DNA from: Hypanus sabinus
Lineage: Eukaryota
NCBI RefSeq assembly: GCF_030144855.1
Contig: NC_082712.1
Location: 90,210,001 to 90,274,000 of the forward strand
Direction: 5' to 3'
DNA length: 64,000 nucleotides
Position 1 is the stretch's first letter. Each line of letters starts with the position of its first letter. The notes under the pieces are model-generated. The model was not told the origin of the DNA. It ran no database searches and saw only the letters and a list, made by a program, of their open reading frames with translations. Positions 24,301-36,510 of this stretch are shown piece by piece. Made by a program: the position numbers and the translations under genes.

Positions 24301-27300
24301 ACCTGTAACCCCCTGGGTCACCTCAGGCTCGCTCAGCTCGTTCCCGTCTAGGGGGAGCAGCCTTCGGCCCCGCCAAACTGGGTAATCAGCTGGTGTGGAT
24401 GCTGTGTGATGTCCCCACCTCGCCCAAAACCAGACAGTACACCATAAGCGATTAAATGAGTACAATTTATAAAGGTTACTATAACTAAGTGATTAATAAT
24501 GATACAGTATATATGAAGAGAAAAAAATAAAGAAAAGGCGCCAAACTTATCAAAGTCCAAACCACTTCGTGCACAACCGTTGGAGCTCAATTACTGAAGT
24601 CTTCTGGCCACCATTCGCTCCCCTCCGAACTCCTCGACTCGCAGCTCAGGACCCTCCGAGTGGTCAACCAAGCACATCTAGCTTCATCCCCCCTCCTCGG
24701 AGTACCTCCTGGCCTCGGACCCCCGCTTGGGGTCCGATCCTCACCCAGCTTACAGCATTGCGTCCTCTCTCTCACACCCCCTCGCGCCGATCTGCCCAAA
24801 AGCCCGTCAACAACCGCTTACAGACTCAGAAGAAAGAACAACATTAATCCCCATTTGGTTTACAAAGGAATACAATTCTCGTTATCAGTAAATTTTAACC
24901 CAAACAAGCTTCCAGCACTCTCTCGCAACAAAGGAGCATTCCTGCTTTTAACAAAACAAAGAAGCCCTTTCCCAACAAGCTTCCAGCACTCTCTCACAAC
25001 AAAGAAGCATTCCTGCTAGTTAACAAAACTAAGAAGCCCTTTTGATTACATACACAGTAACAAAGAAAAAAGAAGAAACCCCCTTTACGCACCCTTAGCC
25101 AGGAGGGACTTTATGGAGGCACAGGGTAAAGATGAGAAACAGATAAGGCAGTTAGAAGGTCCAGGGTTGGACACGGATGATCTGTCTGGCTTGACAGAGC
25201 AGTTTGCAGTTGAAGAATTTAAATGTGTTCCCGATAATGATGTATGGCTGTCCTAGATGAAAAGGATGCCGCTACCTTGAGGGAGTCTGCTGGGTTAGCA
25301 GACAAGGTTGTTTTAACCCGCAAGGTTGAGTTTACTCCAGATGGAAGGTGCCCAGAGAGTAACTGGGAGGATCAGAGGAATTTAGGATTTGAAAAGGGGA
25401 CTGGTATTGAAAGCCTGGAAGAGGTAGGTGTCCCGTTTGCGTGTGTTCAGGGTGTGAAGGGTGTGGATGCACAGGGTACTGAACCTAGTATTGAAACTCA
25501 GGAAAAGTCTGCGGTATCTGATTTAGTTGAAAAGGAATGCAGTCCTTTTGGGTCAGATGGACTTGGTTCAGTGAAGAAAGGGTTAACCTTGGTACCAGTG
25601 GAAAGTGACAATTCTCAGTTGTTTGTGTTAGAAGGTGTGTTAAAAATTAATGATGAGATAAAAGCTGGTGATGTGACTATTATTGAAGGAGAAGGGAAAG
25701 GTGTTGTTCCTGAATTGAATAAAGAAAATTTAAAGTCTGAATTGGTTTCAGAAGGATTGACAAAAGGGAAGGGACCATTAACTGAACAATGGCCTGTGAA
25801 CAAGGTGCCTGTGAATCAATTACAATTTGTTTGGAAATTTAAAGATAAACAACTTGCTGATGTTATTCAAGTATGTGATTTGGAGAGGCAGAACTTGAAA
25901 TGTTGTTTTGACCAAGAGGGATCATCTGCTGCTGTTAAACTGAAAACAAATAGAATGAAAGATCCTAAAGATAAAATTAATGACTTGCTTAAAATTAACA
26001 AATTATGTGGAAGTTCAACAAATGGGCTTAGTTTGGAAAACATTGGTGATAAGATAGCTCCTGTGAAAGGAGACTGTGAAGGCCTATTCCACACTGGTGA
26101 GCAAGCTAACCACGTGAGAGTTCAGTGGAAAAGGGACAAAGGTTGACCAAATGCCACTTTGAATAACAGGATCTGGTTTTGAGGGAATTTGACAAAGCAT
26201 GTGAAAGATAAAAACACCATGGAAGATTGACTGTTTGAATGTTAAGTTTAAAAGTAAAATAGAGATTAGTATTTGCACAAACTTTTGTAATGTGCTATAT
26301 TATAATCACGCATGTATTGGTTCACACTTTGTAATATACACCTAAGCTAAGAACACAACCCCTTTAGAATTTTTTTAACATGAAAAGTAAAAAGTAGGCG
26401 ATTATTAAATTGGAGTCTGTTGTTACAGGAATTCAATATTAAAATACAACATGTAAAGGGGAGTGATAATGTTATTGCTGATTATTTATCTAGATGTTAA
26501 TTTTAACGTGTATCTGTATTATTCATGTAGTTAAGACAACTTTTGTATTTTGTTAAACTCTGTAATTCAGTTATGTGCTTTATTAGTTAATTTTCCCCCT
26601 GGTGAAAATTCCCAGAAGGATGGGGGTGTTATGAGTGATGAACAGACCTGATGGACAATGAGGTAAAGAGTTAATCATTCCCCCCCTGAGAAACACGAAC
26701 TATTACTGTTGCTATGCTGACCATGAGAAAGAGACGAAAAACAGGCAAGAACATCCGCGACAGATAAGAGAGAGGGGGAAATTGCTGATTAACCATATTG
26801 TGATTCTTTTTTGAATTATTTACTGTTTCGCTGCAAGGCCAATAGTTTGCTCAATAACATTCCTCAGTGGACTGCAGGAGTGGTCTAATTTGATGAACAC
26901 AGTCATTCAGAATTGATGGATAGCTGAGACCCCGTGAGTAGGGATAAAAAGACAGGTCTGGAGAGACACCCTCCAGACACGCCAGTGGACACTGATTGAG
27001 TGTTGAAACCCACAAGAAAGGTGGGGGCTTCGGAGACCGAATCAGGAGATCGGTCAGTAAATCTCACAGTGTAACAGCAGGGCCGGTGGGGACTTGTGTG
27101 TGTGTCCACTCATGCCAGAATGACGAGTCCACCACAGAAGAACGGTATGGCTGAAGACCAGAGGGGTCATAACTGAATGACCGCAACAATACGACGGATT
27201 AAGAAAGCAAAGGAAAGTTTGGCTGCTGTAGCTGTTACATCTCGCTCTCTCTCTCTCTCTCTCCCGCTCCAACGATTACAACTCAACAAGCATAACTACC

Positions 27301-27563
27301 TCAGCACGCATGAACTGAACTGAACTTTATATTCTATGACAATTCATTTACCCATAGACATCGATAGAGCTTGTTTATTAATGATTATTACCATTCCTAC
27401 ACTTTTAGGTTTATTACTGCTACCTTGTGTTATATGTATATTTGCATTATTGATATGGTTTTGCTTATTTTTATTAATAAACACCTTTAAATATAGTACC
27501 ACCAGACTCCAATGGATTCTTCTTTCTCTGCTGGTCAGACACCCAGTTACTGGGTACATAACA
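21381..27563 (+). mobile_element. Gmr1-like Gypsy LTR retrotransposon, internally deleted (element A)
   Basis: Paired LTRs 21381-22318 and 26627-27563 (TG...CA); TSD ATGG/ACGG (one CpG-type change); degenerate tRNA-Pro PBS at 22322-22340; PPT at 26614-26626. Gag of the SCAN-related type (FERVA...LLQSVLRGKAQQAY), CCHC knuckle CYNCGKAGHIASKC, protease DTGAGQSL, and RNase H C-terminus WSLLLQEFNIKIQHVKGSDNVIADYLSR (26402-26500). No RT or integrase core seen. Confidence 0.92.
24304..25089 (-). mobile_element. Solo LTR (element B family) nested in element A
   Basis: Starts tgtaaccccctgg..cctcaggctcgctcagc like 16489; 4-bp TSD CACC (24300-24303, 25090-25093). Confidence 0.9.
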
Positions 27564-28130
27564 ACGGCCTGGTATGGGAACTGTACCTCCTTTAATCATA
27601 GGACTCTGCAGAGAGAGGTGCGGACAGCCCAGCACATCTGTAGATGTGAACTTCACATGATTCAGGACATTAACAAAGACAGATGTGAAAAAAGGGCCCA
27701 AAGGATCATTGGGGACCTGAGTCACCCCAACCACAATGTACTCCCCTGCTGTTATCTGGGAAACCGTACCACAGCATAAAAGCCAGGACCAACAGGCTCT
27801 GGAACAGCTTCTTCCACCAGGCCATTAGACTGATTAACTCATGTTGATACAATTGTATTCCTATGTTATATTGACTGTCCTGTTGTACATACTATTTATT
27901 ATAAATTACTGTAAATTGCACATTTAGACGGAAATGTGACATGAAGATTATTACTTCTTATGCATATGGTTTGTAAGAAATAAAGTCCATTCAATTCAAA
28001 GATTCAATGTACATTGATTGTCAAAGTGTGTGTGCGTGCGTGCGTGCAGTTTACCTCCTTGAGATTCATATTCCCCGCAGACAGCCACAAAACAAAGACA
28101 AACATCAAATCCATTTTAAAAAACATCAAT

Positions 28131-31100
28131 CTGGGGTTCACGTGATGTCATGCCATTGATCGGGCGCTTCCCTGAATAACTCCTACAAAATGTTCTTTAC
28201 AACCTGTTTATAAGGCTCTTACATAACTTTAACAAAAGCGATGGTTAAAAGGAAAAATCATGGAAATCCTACTGGCGCTAGTGCTGCTGGCCCCGCACTC
28301 CCGGGGGCATATGGAGTTCAGAGACACGAGAGCGATAATAAGGCCTGATCATCGGACGGTTCCTCCGAGCCTGCAGAAGACTGCAGCAGCACGACGCAGT
28401 GCTGGCTCAGGCAGTGACCTCGCGGCCATGATTCATGAGTTGACCGATGCAGTCCGGACTTTAACCAGTAGGATGGACAAGTTCGAGAGTCACTTAGACC
28501 TTATCATTCAAGAATCTAAGGAAATGAAGCAGACTTTGGAATCTTTAAATTTGCGAGCCCAGGATTTAGAAAATAATATGAATGATGTTCTGAATAGATT
28601 ACAAAGCCTGGAAAAAGAAAAAGATTCCTGGAGGATTGAGAAAGTAAAAATAATGGATAAACTGGGCTCTCTTGAAAACTATAGAAGAAGAAATAATATC
28701 AAAATAGTGGGTTTAAAAGAGTGACTGGAAGGAAGAGACGGAGAAACTTTCTTTCAAGAATGGATTCCCAAAGTTCTGGGGAAAAAGCATTTTGACAAAG
28801 AATTAATTATAGAAAGGGCACACAGGACTTTACAACCCCGACCACTTCCACAGCAAAGGCCGCGTCCTATACTTATACGCTTTTTGAAGTATCGAGATAA
28901 ACAAAAAGTATTACGAGCTGCAGCAACAGAGGCCAGAGAGAGAAATAGCCTATTAGAGTTTACAGGGGGAAAGATATTCTTCTTTCCAGATATTAGTGTG
29001 GCCTTGTTAAGAAAAGAGAAAGACTTTGGCTTAACAAGGAGCGTAGTAAAGAATAAAGGTCTTCAATATTCTTTATTATACCCAGCAAAGCTGAGAATTA
29101 CTCTGTCTAATGGAGGGAGGAAATTTTTTACTAACCCCCAGGAGGCGATAAACTTTTTTCAAAATATCTGAGACATCGTGATTCCGAAGATCTTCTGGAA
29201 CAAGCTTAGAAAGATGTATTTTGGACAAAATATATGAAGAAGATTATTTGATTTTCTTTATTAATATAGATTAACTTTAACAACATTATAGTCTTGAACT
29301 TTGAATCAATATGATTATGGATGAAGACTATTATGATTTAAAATATTGAACTTAAAATCCATGTGATTATGGATGGAAATCACTAGGACTATTAATTTCC
29401 TATTAAGTCTATATAGGTTTTTTTTCTTTCTGGATCCTTTTGAATTATACTACTTAGGAACTATGTAGTTTATCTAATTTTGTTATAACTAGTATGAATC
29501 ATTTTGATTATATAGATATCATTTTTGATATGTTTAATTTTTTGTATGCTGGATATGTATTAAATAATAATATTTAAGGTTATATTTAGAAGTTTCTTTG
29601 AATTCTCTTCTTTATTTGGATATACTGCTATATTAATGATATTTGCTTTCAATATTATAGATTAGTTAGATATTTAGTAATAATGGGTGTGGAATATAAT
29701 TTAGTTTTTTTACAGATGTTTAATTAAGGAGTTATTAGGGACTGGATCATCTTTTTTCACTTTTTTAAAAAAAAAGATTAATTATGTTACATGCTAAAGA
29801 ATGTCCATCTTTAGTGCAATGTTTATTGGACCCCACAGTAAGAGGGGTTAAGGCCCCGTGGACTTGGAGCGCCAGTTGGGAGGGTTTTTCTCCTTTTTTT
29901 TTTCTTTTTTTTTAATTTCTTTTTTTCTTTTATTTTCTTTCCTCTCTGGTTTCCTTTCTATTTTCTATACTCTATTGAGAAAGGCACCAAATATCTCAGA
30001 GGCACTCAAAGAAATGGGATTAATTTATATTTTTTTTGTAGACAGGATTTATCAACTAATAAAATCTGATAACTATGAATAGAGCAATTAAATTTTTAAG
30101 TCTTAATGTTAATGGGATAAATGGACCGATAAAAAGGAAAAAAGTCTTGGCATATCTCAAAAAATATCATATTAATATTAACTTTCTTCAAGGAACTCAT
30201 CTTACAGTGACAGAACAGAACAAGTTAAAGAGAGGATGGGTTGGTCAAGTAATAGTGTCCTCCTTTAATTCTAAAGCCAGAGGAATGGCAGTATTGATAG
30301 GGAAGAATTTGCCAGTGAAAGTGGAGGGTACTATCATAGATCCAGCCGGGAGATTTGTTATGGTCAATTGTCAAATATATTCAGAGTTCTGGACACTTTT
30401 GAATTTATATGCCCCCAATTATGATGACGAGAAATTTATTCAAAATATTTTTCTGAAACAAGGATATGAAAATATCTTAATTGGAGGGGATTTCAATGTT
30501 TGTCTGGATCCAATTTTAGACAGATCAGTTAAAAAAGTCATGAAGGTCATGGCAGCAAAAACCACCCTGGCCTTCATGAAAGACTTGAATATAATAGATG
30601 CTTGGAGTTGGCACCATCCAAGGGAAAGAGACTACTCTTTCTATTCAAAACAATATGATTCCTACTCTAGAATTGACTTATTCCTAATATCAGCTAAATT
30701 AGAAAGTAGGATCATTCAAACAGAATATGCTATTAGACTACTCTTGGATCATTCACCTTTAATTTTATCACTTGAAATGCCTGATAAACAAAAAACATTA
30801 TATAGGTGCCGTTTTAATCTTTTGCTGTTGAAAAGACAAGGAGCTTGCAGTTTTATTAGAGCTCAATTAGAACTGTTCTGTGAGATGAACTCTCCCTCTA
30901 CTGCCAATAATATTTTATTATGGGATACATTAAAAGCTTATTTAAGAGGACAAATAATTGAATATGTTAAGGGTATAAAAAATAAATATGTAACAGAATT
31001 AAATGTATTGGAGAAAGACTCATCGAAAATTGATGATTTCTTGTCTAATTTACAACTTCCCAAATTGGGTCAACAAGATCAGGAAGAATTAAATGCCCCT

Positions 31101-33814
31101 TTTTCTAGGGATGAAATTGAAAGAGCCCTGGGCTTGCTGCAGGCTAATAAATCGCCGGGAGATGATGGTTTTCCCCCTGAATTTTATAGAGAATTTAAGG
31201 ATCAATTAATGCCCCTTTTTATGAGGGTTGTGACTCTGGCTGAGGAGACCCATACTCTACCAGATTCCTTTTCAACAGCAACTATTACATTAATTCTTAA
31301 GAAGGATAAGGATCCGCTAAAACCAGCATCTTATAGGCCTATTTCACTTTTAAATGCGGACTATAAAACTATAGCAAAGGCATTGGTTAATAGATTAGCC
31401 CGATGTCTGTCAAAATTGATTAAATCCGATCAAACAGAATTTATTAAAAACAGACAATTGTCTGATAATATTGGCAGACTATTGACTATATTACATTTAG
31501 CTAAGACGAAGGTGGACCCAACTGTAGCAGCAGCTTTAGATGCTGAAAAGGCCTTTGATAGGCTTGAATGAGATTTTTTATTTAAAACAATGGAAAAATT
31601 TGGTCTAGGCCAAATATTCATAAATTGGATAAGAACACTTTACCACCAGTCTAAGGCCAAAATAATTACGAATGGGCGGATTTCACCAGTTTTCTCTCTA
31701 CATAGATCTAGTAGGCAAGGTTGCCCACCATCTCCAGTTCTATTTGTTTTGGCAATAGAGCCATTGGCGGAGGCTGATGGATGGGTTCCAGACATAAAGG
31801 GGTTTAAAGTGACCCAGGAAGAATATAAAATTAATTTATTTGCTGATGACATTTTAGTATATTTGGCTGACCCGGCCGGCTCTTTGGTAAGACTTAGGGC
31901 CTTGCTGGACAATTATGGTATAGTCTTGGGATACAAAATAAGTTGGAATAAAAATGAAATGTTACCTTTAGGTAAAGGAGACTATGCCCAATATCAATAT
32001 GGCACTCAGTTTAGATGGGTTAATTCCAACATGAAATATCTGGGAATTCAATTTAATCGTAATTTGGATGACCTTTATAAACTTAATTATCTCCCCTTGC
32101 TGCAGAATGTCGAGGAGGACCTATATCGGTGAATAAACCTGCCCATCACACTGACGGGCAGGGTAAGCTGTATAAAAATGAGGATAATGCCAAGACTTAG
32201 TATTTTTTTCAGTCTTTACCTATCCCATTACCTAATAATTTTTCTAAGATTCTCAATGGACATGTTCGATAATTTTTATGGTCAGGTAAAATATCTAGAA
32301 TCTCCATGGAAAAATTGACCTGGGACTATAAATTGGGAGGGTTAAAATTACCAGATTTTAAAAAATATTGTTTAGCTGCACAAGCACGTTTCATTGCTTC
32401 TTTTTTTTTGATGAGACGACTATTCCTTCTTGAGTTACAATTGGCTTTCATATGGTAGGAGAAGAGATGCCAGAAGAATTTATATATAATGGGACTCCAA
32501 ATTAATTAAAAAGAAAGCAATCAGTCCTCTACTGAGACATGTAATTTATGTCTGGGAAAAAAATTAAACAATTTATGGGTCTGAAAAAAGGAATATCCTC
32601 AAAGGCGCCTCTATCTCAGAACGGATTAATACCCATGACTCTGGGTAATAAATTTCTAGTCACCTGGTATCAACATGGTCTCAGGTGCATTGAAGATTGT
32701 TATAATCAGCAGAGGCAATCTATGCCTTTTGAGGGGCTTAAAAATAAATATAATTTATCTAATAATACATTCTTCCGCTATCTCCAATTACGATCTCTTT
32801 TGAGGGTCTGTTTGGGTCCATCACTGGCCATACCAAGTTGCTCAGACATGGAGATTCTAATTCAAAAGGAGAATATAACTAAATTTATCTCTAATGTGTA
32901 TTCTTTATTCTGGGACCAATGCCCAAAGTCTGGTATATATAGTTCGACGGAAAGATGGGAGTCGGATTTGGGCATTGTAATTGATCACCAATGCTGGTCA
33001 CATCTGTGTTTGGATAGTGTTACCACTCTTATGAACTCTAGATACAGAATGATACATTTTAATTTTTTATATCACTTATGTCTCACACCTGAAAAAATAC
33101 ATGAAATTTCTGACAAGTGTTTTGGGTGTGGCATAGATGTTGGTACCTTTGTGCATTCCACCTGGCTATGTATGAAACTCAGATCTTTTTGGATAGATTT
33201 GGGGGATGTACTGGGAAAGATTCTGGGGATGGATTTCCCCCTGGACCCAGAATTGTTTCCTCTGGGGAATTTGGCAGTTTTGAAAGCTAGCCTCTCTAGG
33301 AATAAATCCAAATTTATTAAAATTGCATTGTCAGTAGCCAGGAAATGCATAGTGGTAACATGGAAATCCAATTCCCTTGTACATATTGATTGTGGAATAA
33401 AGAAATGCAAAGTTGTATACCCCCTGAGAAGATTATTGATACCCTTAGGAATAGATACGCTATGTTCATTGAGATTTGACAACCATATTTGGATTACTTA
33501 AATGCCGGGATTGTTTAACTTACTTATTTTAATTCTTTTAAATTAATATATCCCTTATTATAAGCTAGTTTCTTAAATTTGTATTTTAAACTGACTCTGA
33601 GAGCTGGATGCCTACTCTTTTACTTTTTATTTCTCTTTTCTTTCTTCTTCTCTCCTTTCCTTTCTTTCCTCTGTCTCTTATGTTTTGGGATAGGTGTTCT
33701 TTTTCCTCTTGGATTTATTAATCTATTTGAATTAATTTTTTTCAATGTGTATCAAATGTTGTATTAATTGAGTCCTTATATTTCTTCTTTTAAAAAAAAT
33801 TGAATAAACTATGA
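28131..33814 (+). mobile_element. Full-length degenerate L1-clade LINE
   Basis: 13-bp TSD aaaaaacatcaat at a tttt/aaaaaa site. ORF1 remnant (RRNNIKIVGLKE, ERAHR, YSLLYPAKLRI); ORF2 endonuclease (SLNVNG, GDFN, SRIDLF, DHSP), RT (KSPGDDG, DAEKAFD, RQGCP, LFADD) and C-terminal CxxC..H..C; several stops and frameshifts. Confidence 0.93.
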
Positions 33815-34479
33815 AAAAAACATCAATTTCCCACTGTGCAAAAAATTAATATCAAGCAAATGGCAACATAAACAAAAAATATAAAACACAAAATCAAAAG
33901 AATCCAGGCATATTCAGTTCAGCTCAGTGTTCGTTATCTGCAGGCTGCCCCAATTTAAAGTCACCTAAAATAGCAACAGAAACCAGAAGCACCTCAAAAA
34001 GTGAACTACAATATCCACTCCCTAAACCACATCCATGAAAACTTGCCCAGAACCCCAGGACTCCAGCATCATTTTCCGACAGCATCCAGGGAGAGGGACC
34101 ATTTAAACGCAGAGACCTTTCTTTAGGAGCAGCAAGAGAGGGAGAGAGAATGTCATACAGATGCCTTCTTCCAGCAGCAGTGAGTGAGCACTGATTACCC
34201 ATTCCCCTTCCACAGGGTTTCCTCCTGCCTTATCTCCTTACCTACCCAACAGCTCCCTCTGATGCTTCTCCCCATTCCCTTTCTTATGTCCTTCTCTAGT
34301 TCCAATCAACTTCCCAGCTCTTCACCCTTCCCCCTCTCCCAGTTTCGCCTATCACCGCCCCCTTGTATTTTTTCCTCCCCTCCTGCCACCTTCTTACTGA
34401 ATCTTTCCCCCTTCCTTTCCAATTCTGGTGAGGGGTTTCAGCCCAAAGTGTTGACTGGTTACTCTTATCCATAAATGCT

Positions 34480-35230
34480 GCCTGAAAACCTACAGCGCAA
34501 TACAGGCCCTTCAGCCCACAAAGCTGTGCCAAACATGTCCTTACCTTAGAACTACCTAGGCCTACCCACAGCCCTCTATTCTTCTAAGCTCAATGTACCC
34601 ATCCAGGAGTCTCTTAAAAGACCCTATTGCTTCCACCGGCAGCCCATTCTACGCACTCACCACTCTGCGTAAAAAACTTACCTCTGACATCTCCTCCGTA
34701 CCTACTTCCAAGCACCTCAAAACTATGACCTCAATGCTAGCCATTTCAGCCCTGGGAAAAAGCCTTTGCCTATTCACATGATTAATGTCTTTCATTATCT
34801 TGTACACCTCTATCAGGTCACCTCTCATCCTCCTTCACTCCAAGGAGAAAAAACCGAGTTCATTCAACCTATTCTCATAAGGCATGCTTCCCAATTCAGG
34901 CAACGAACTTGTAAATCTCCTCTGCACCCTTTCTATGGTTTCCACGTCCTTCCTGCATTGAGGCAACCAGAAATGAGCACAGTACTCCAAATGCTGTAAA
35001 ACTCAGTCCCACGGTTGATGAAAGCCAATGTACCGTATGCCTTGTTTACCACAGAGTCAACCTGTGTAGCAGCTTTGAGTGTCCTATGGACTCAGACCCC
35101 AAGATCCCTCTGATCCTCCACACTACCATTAATGCTATATTCTGCCATCATATTTGGCCTACCAAAATGAACCACCTCACACTTATCTGGGTTGAACTCC
35201 ATCTGCCACTTCTTACTAACCCAGTTCCTC
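34480..35230 (-). mobile_element. CR1 LINE fragment
   Basis: KKWQMEFNPDKCEVVHFG and a 3' end like the other CR1 copies. Confidence 0.85.
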
Positions 35231-36039
35231 CAGCATTTTGTGTGTGTGTCTGTGTTGCTCTGGATTTCCAGCATCTGCGGATTTTCCCTTGTATGTGTAA
35301 TTTTCTGGGCTCAGTACCCCGACCAATCAAGGCAAACATGTCATACGCCTTCCTCACCCACCCCATCAATCTCTACAACTGCTTTCAGGTTTCTCCAGAT
35401 GCTGTCTAAAAATCAGTCATACAGTATATAAAAAGGCCCTTCAGCCCATCTCGCTTGTGTCAATCTGTTATATTGCATATTCTTATCGACCCATTCCCAG
35501 ACCATAGCCCTCCATATCCAGCCCATCCAAACTTTTTAAATGTTGCAATTGAGTCCACCATTTCTGCTGCCAGCTCATTCCACACTCTCTGTACCCTCTC
35601 AGTGAAGGATTTCTCCTTAAATATTTCACCTTCTACCCTGAATCTAGGACCTCTGGATTCACACTGGCATCATGGTTGGCACAATGCTGTGACCCAGGTT
35701 CAAATCCTGCCGCTGCCTAGGTTCCCACCTCCTGCCACGATTGTACTCTTCCCGTGACCACGTGGGTTTCCTCTGGGTGCTGCAGTTTCCTCCCACAGTC
35801 TGGTTGGTAGGTTTATTGGTTATTGTAAATTGTCCTATGATTCGGTTAGGGTTAAACTGGGGATTGCTAGGCAGTGTGGCTCAGAAGCCCTTTTCCGCAC
35901 TGTATCTCAATAAATAAACGAGGACCTCTAGGCAAGGATCCATTGACCAAGGGCTGGAATTCTGGGGATATTGGTGAGGAGGACTACCCTTGGGACTATT
36001 ATACTGTATCTATATTTTTTTAAGAATTGACAGTTCAGA

Positions 36040-36510
36040 GGAAATTTACGAGGATGTTGCCTAGATTGGGGATCGTGCCTTATGAGAACAGGTTGAGTGA
36101 ACTCGGCCTTTTCTCCTTGGAGCGACGGAGGATGAGGGTGACCTGATAGAGGTGTATAAGATGATGAGAGGCATTGATCGTGTGGATAGTCAGAGGCTTT
36201 TTCCCAGGGCTGAAATGGTTGCCACAAAAGGACACAGGTTTAAGATGCTGGGGAGAAGGTACAGAGGAGATGTCAGGGGTTAAGTTTTTTACAAGAAAGA
36301 GTGGTGAGTGAGTGGAATGGGCTGTCGGTAACAGTGGTGGAGGCGGATACGATAGGGTCTTTCAAGAGGCTTTTAGATAGGTACATAGAGCTTAGAAAAA
36401 TAGAGGGCTATGGGTAAGCCTAGTAATTTCTAAGGTAGGGAAATTTCCGACACAAATTTGTGGGCCAAAGGACCTGTATTGTGCTGTAGGTTTTCTATGT
36501 TTCTATATTC
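36040..36510 (+). mobile_element. CR1 LINE 3' fragment
   Basis: Closely similar to the 1665-2075 copy; ttctatgtttctat tail. Confidence 0.9.
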
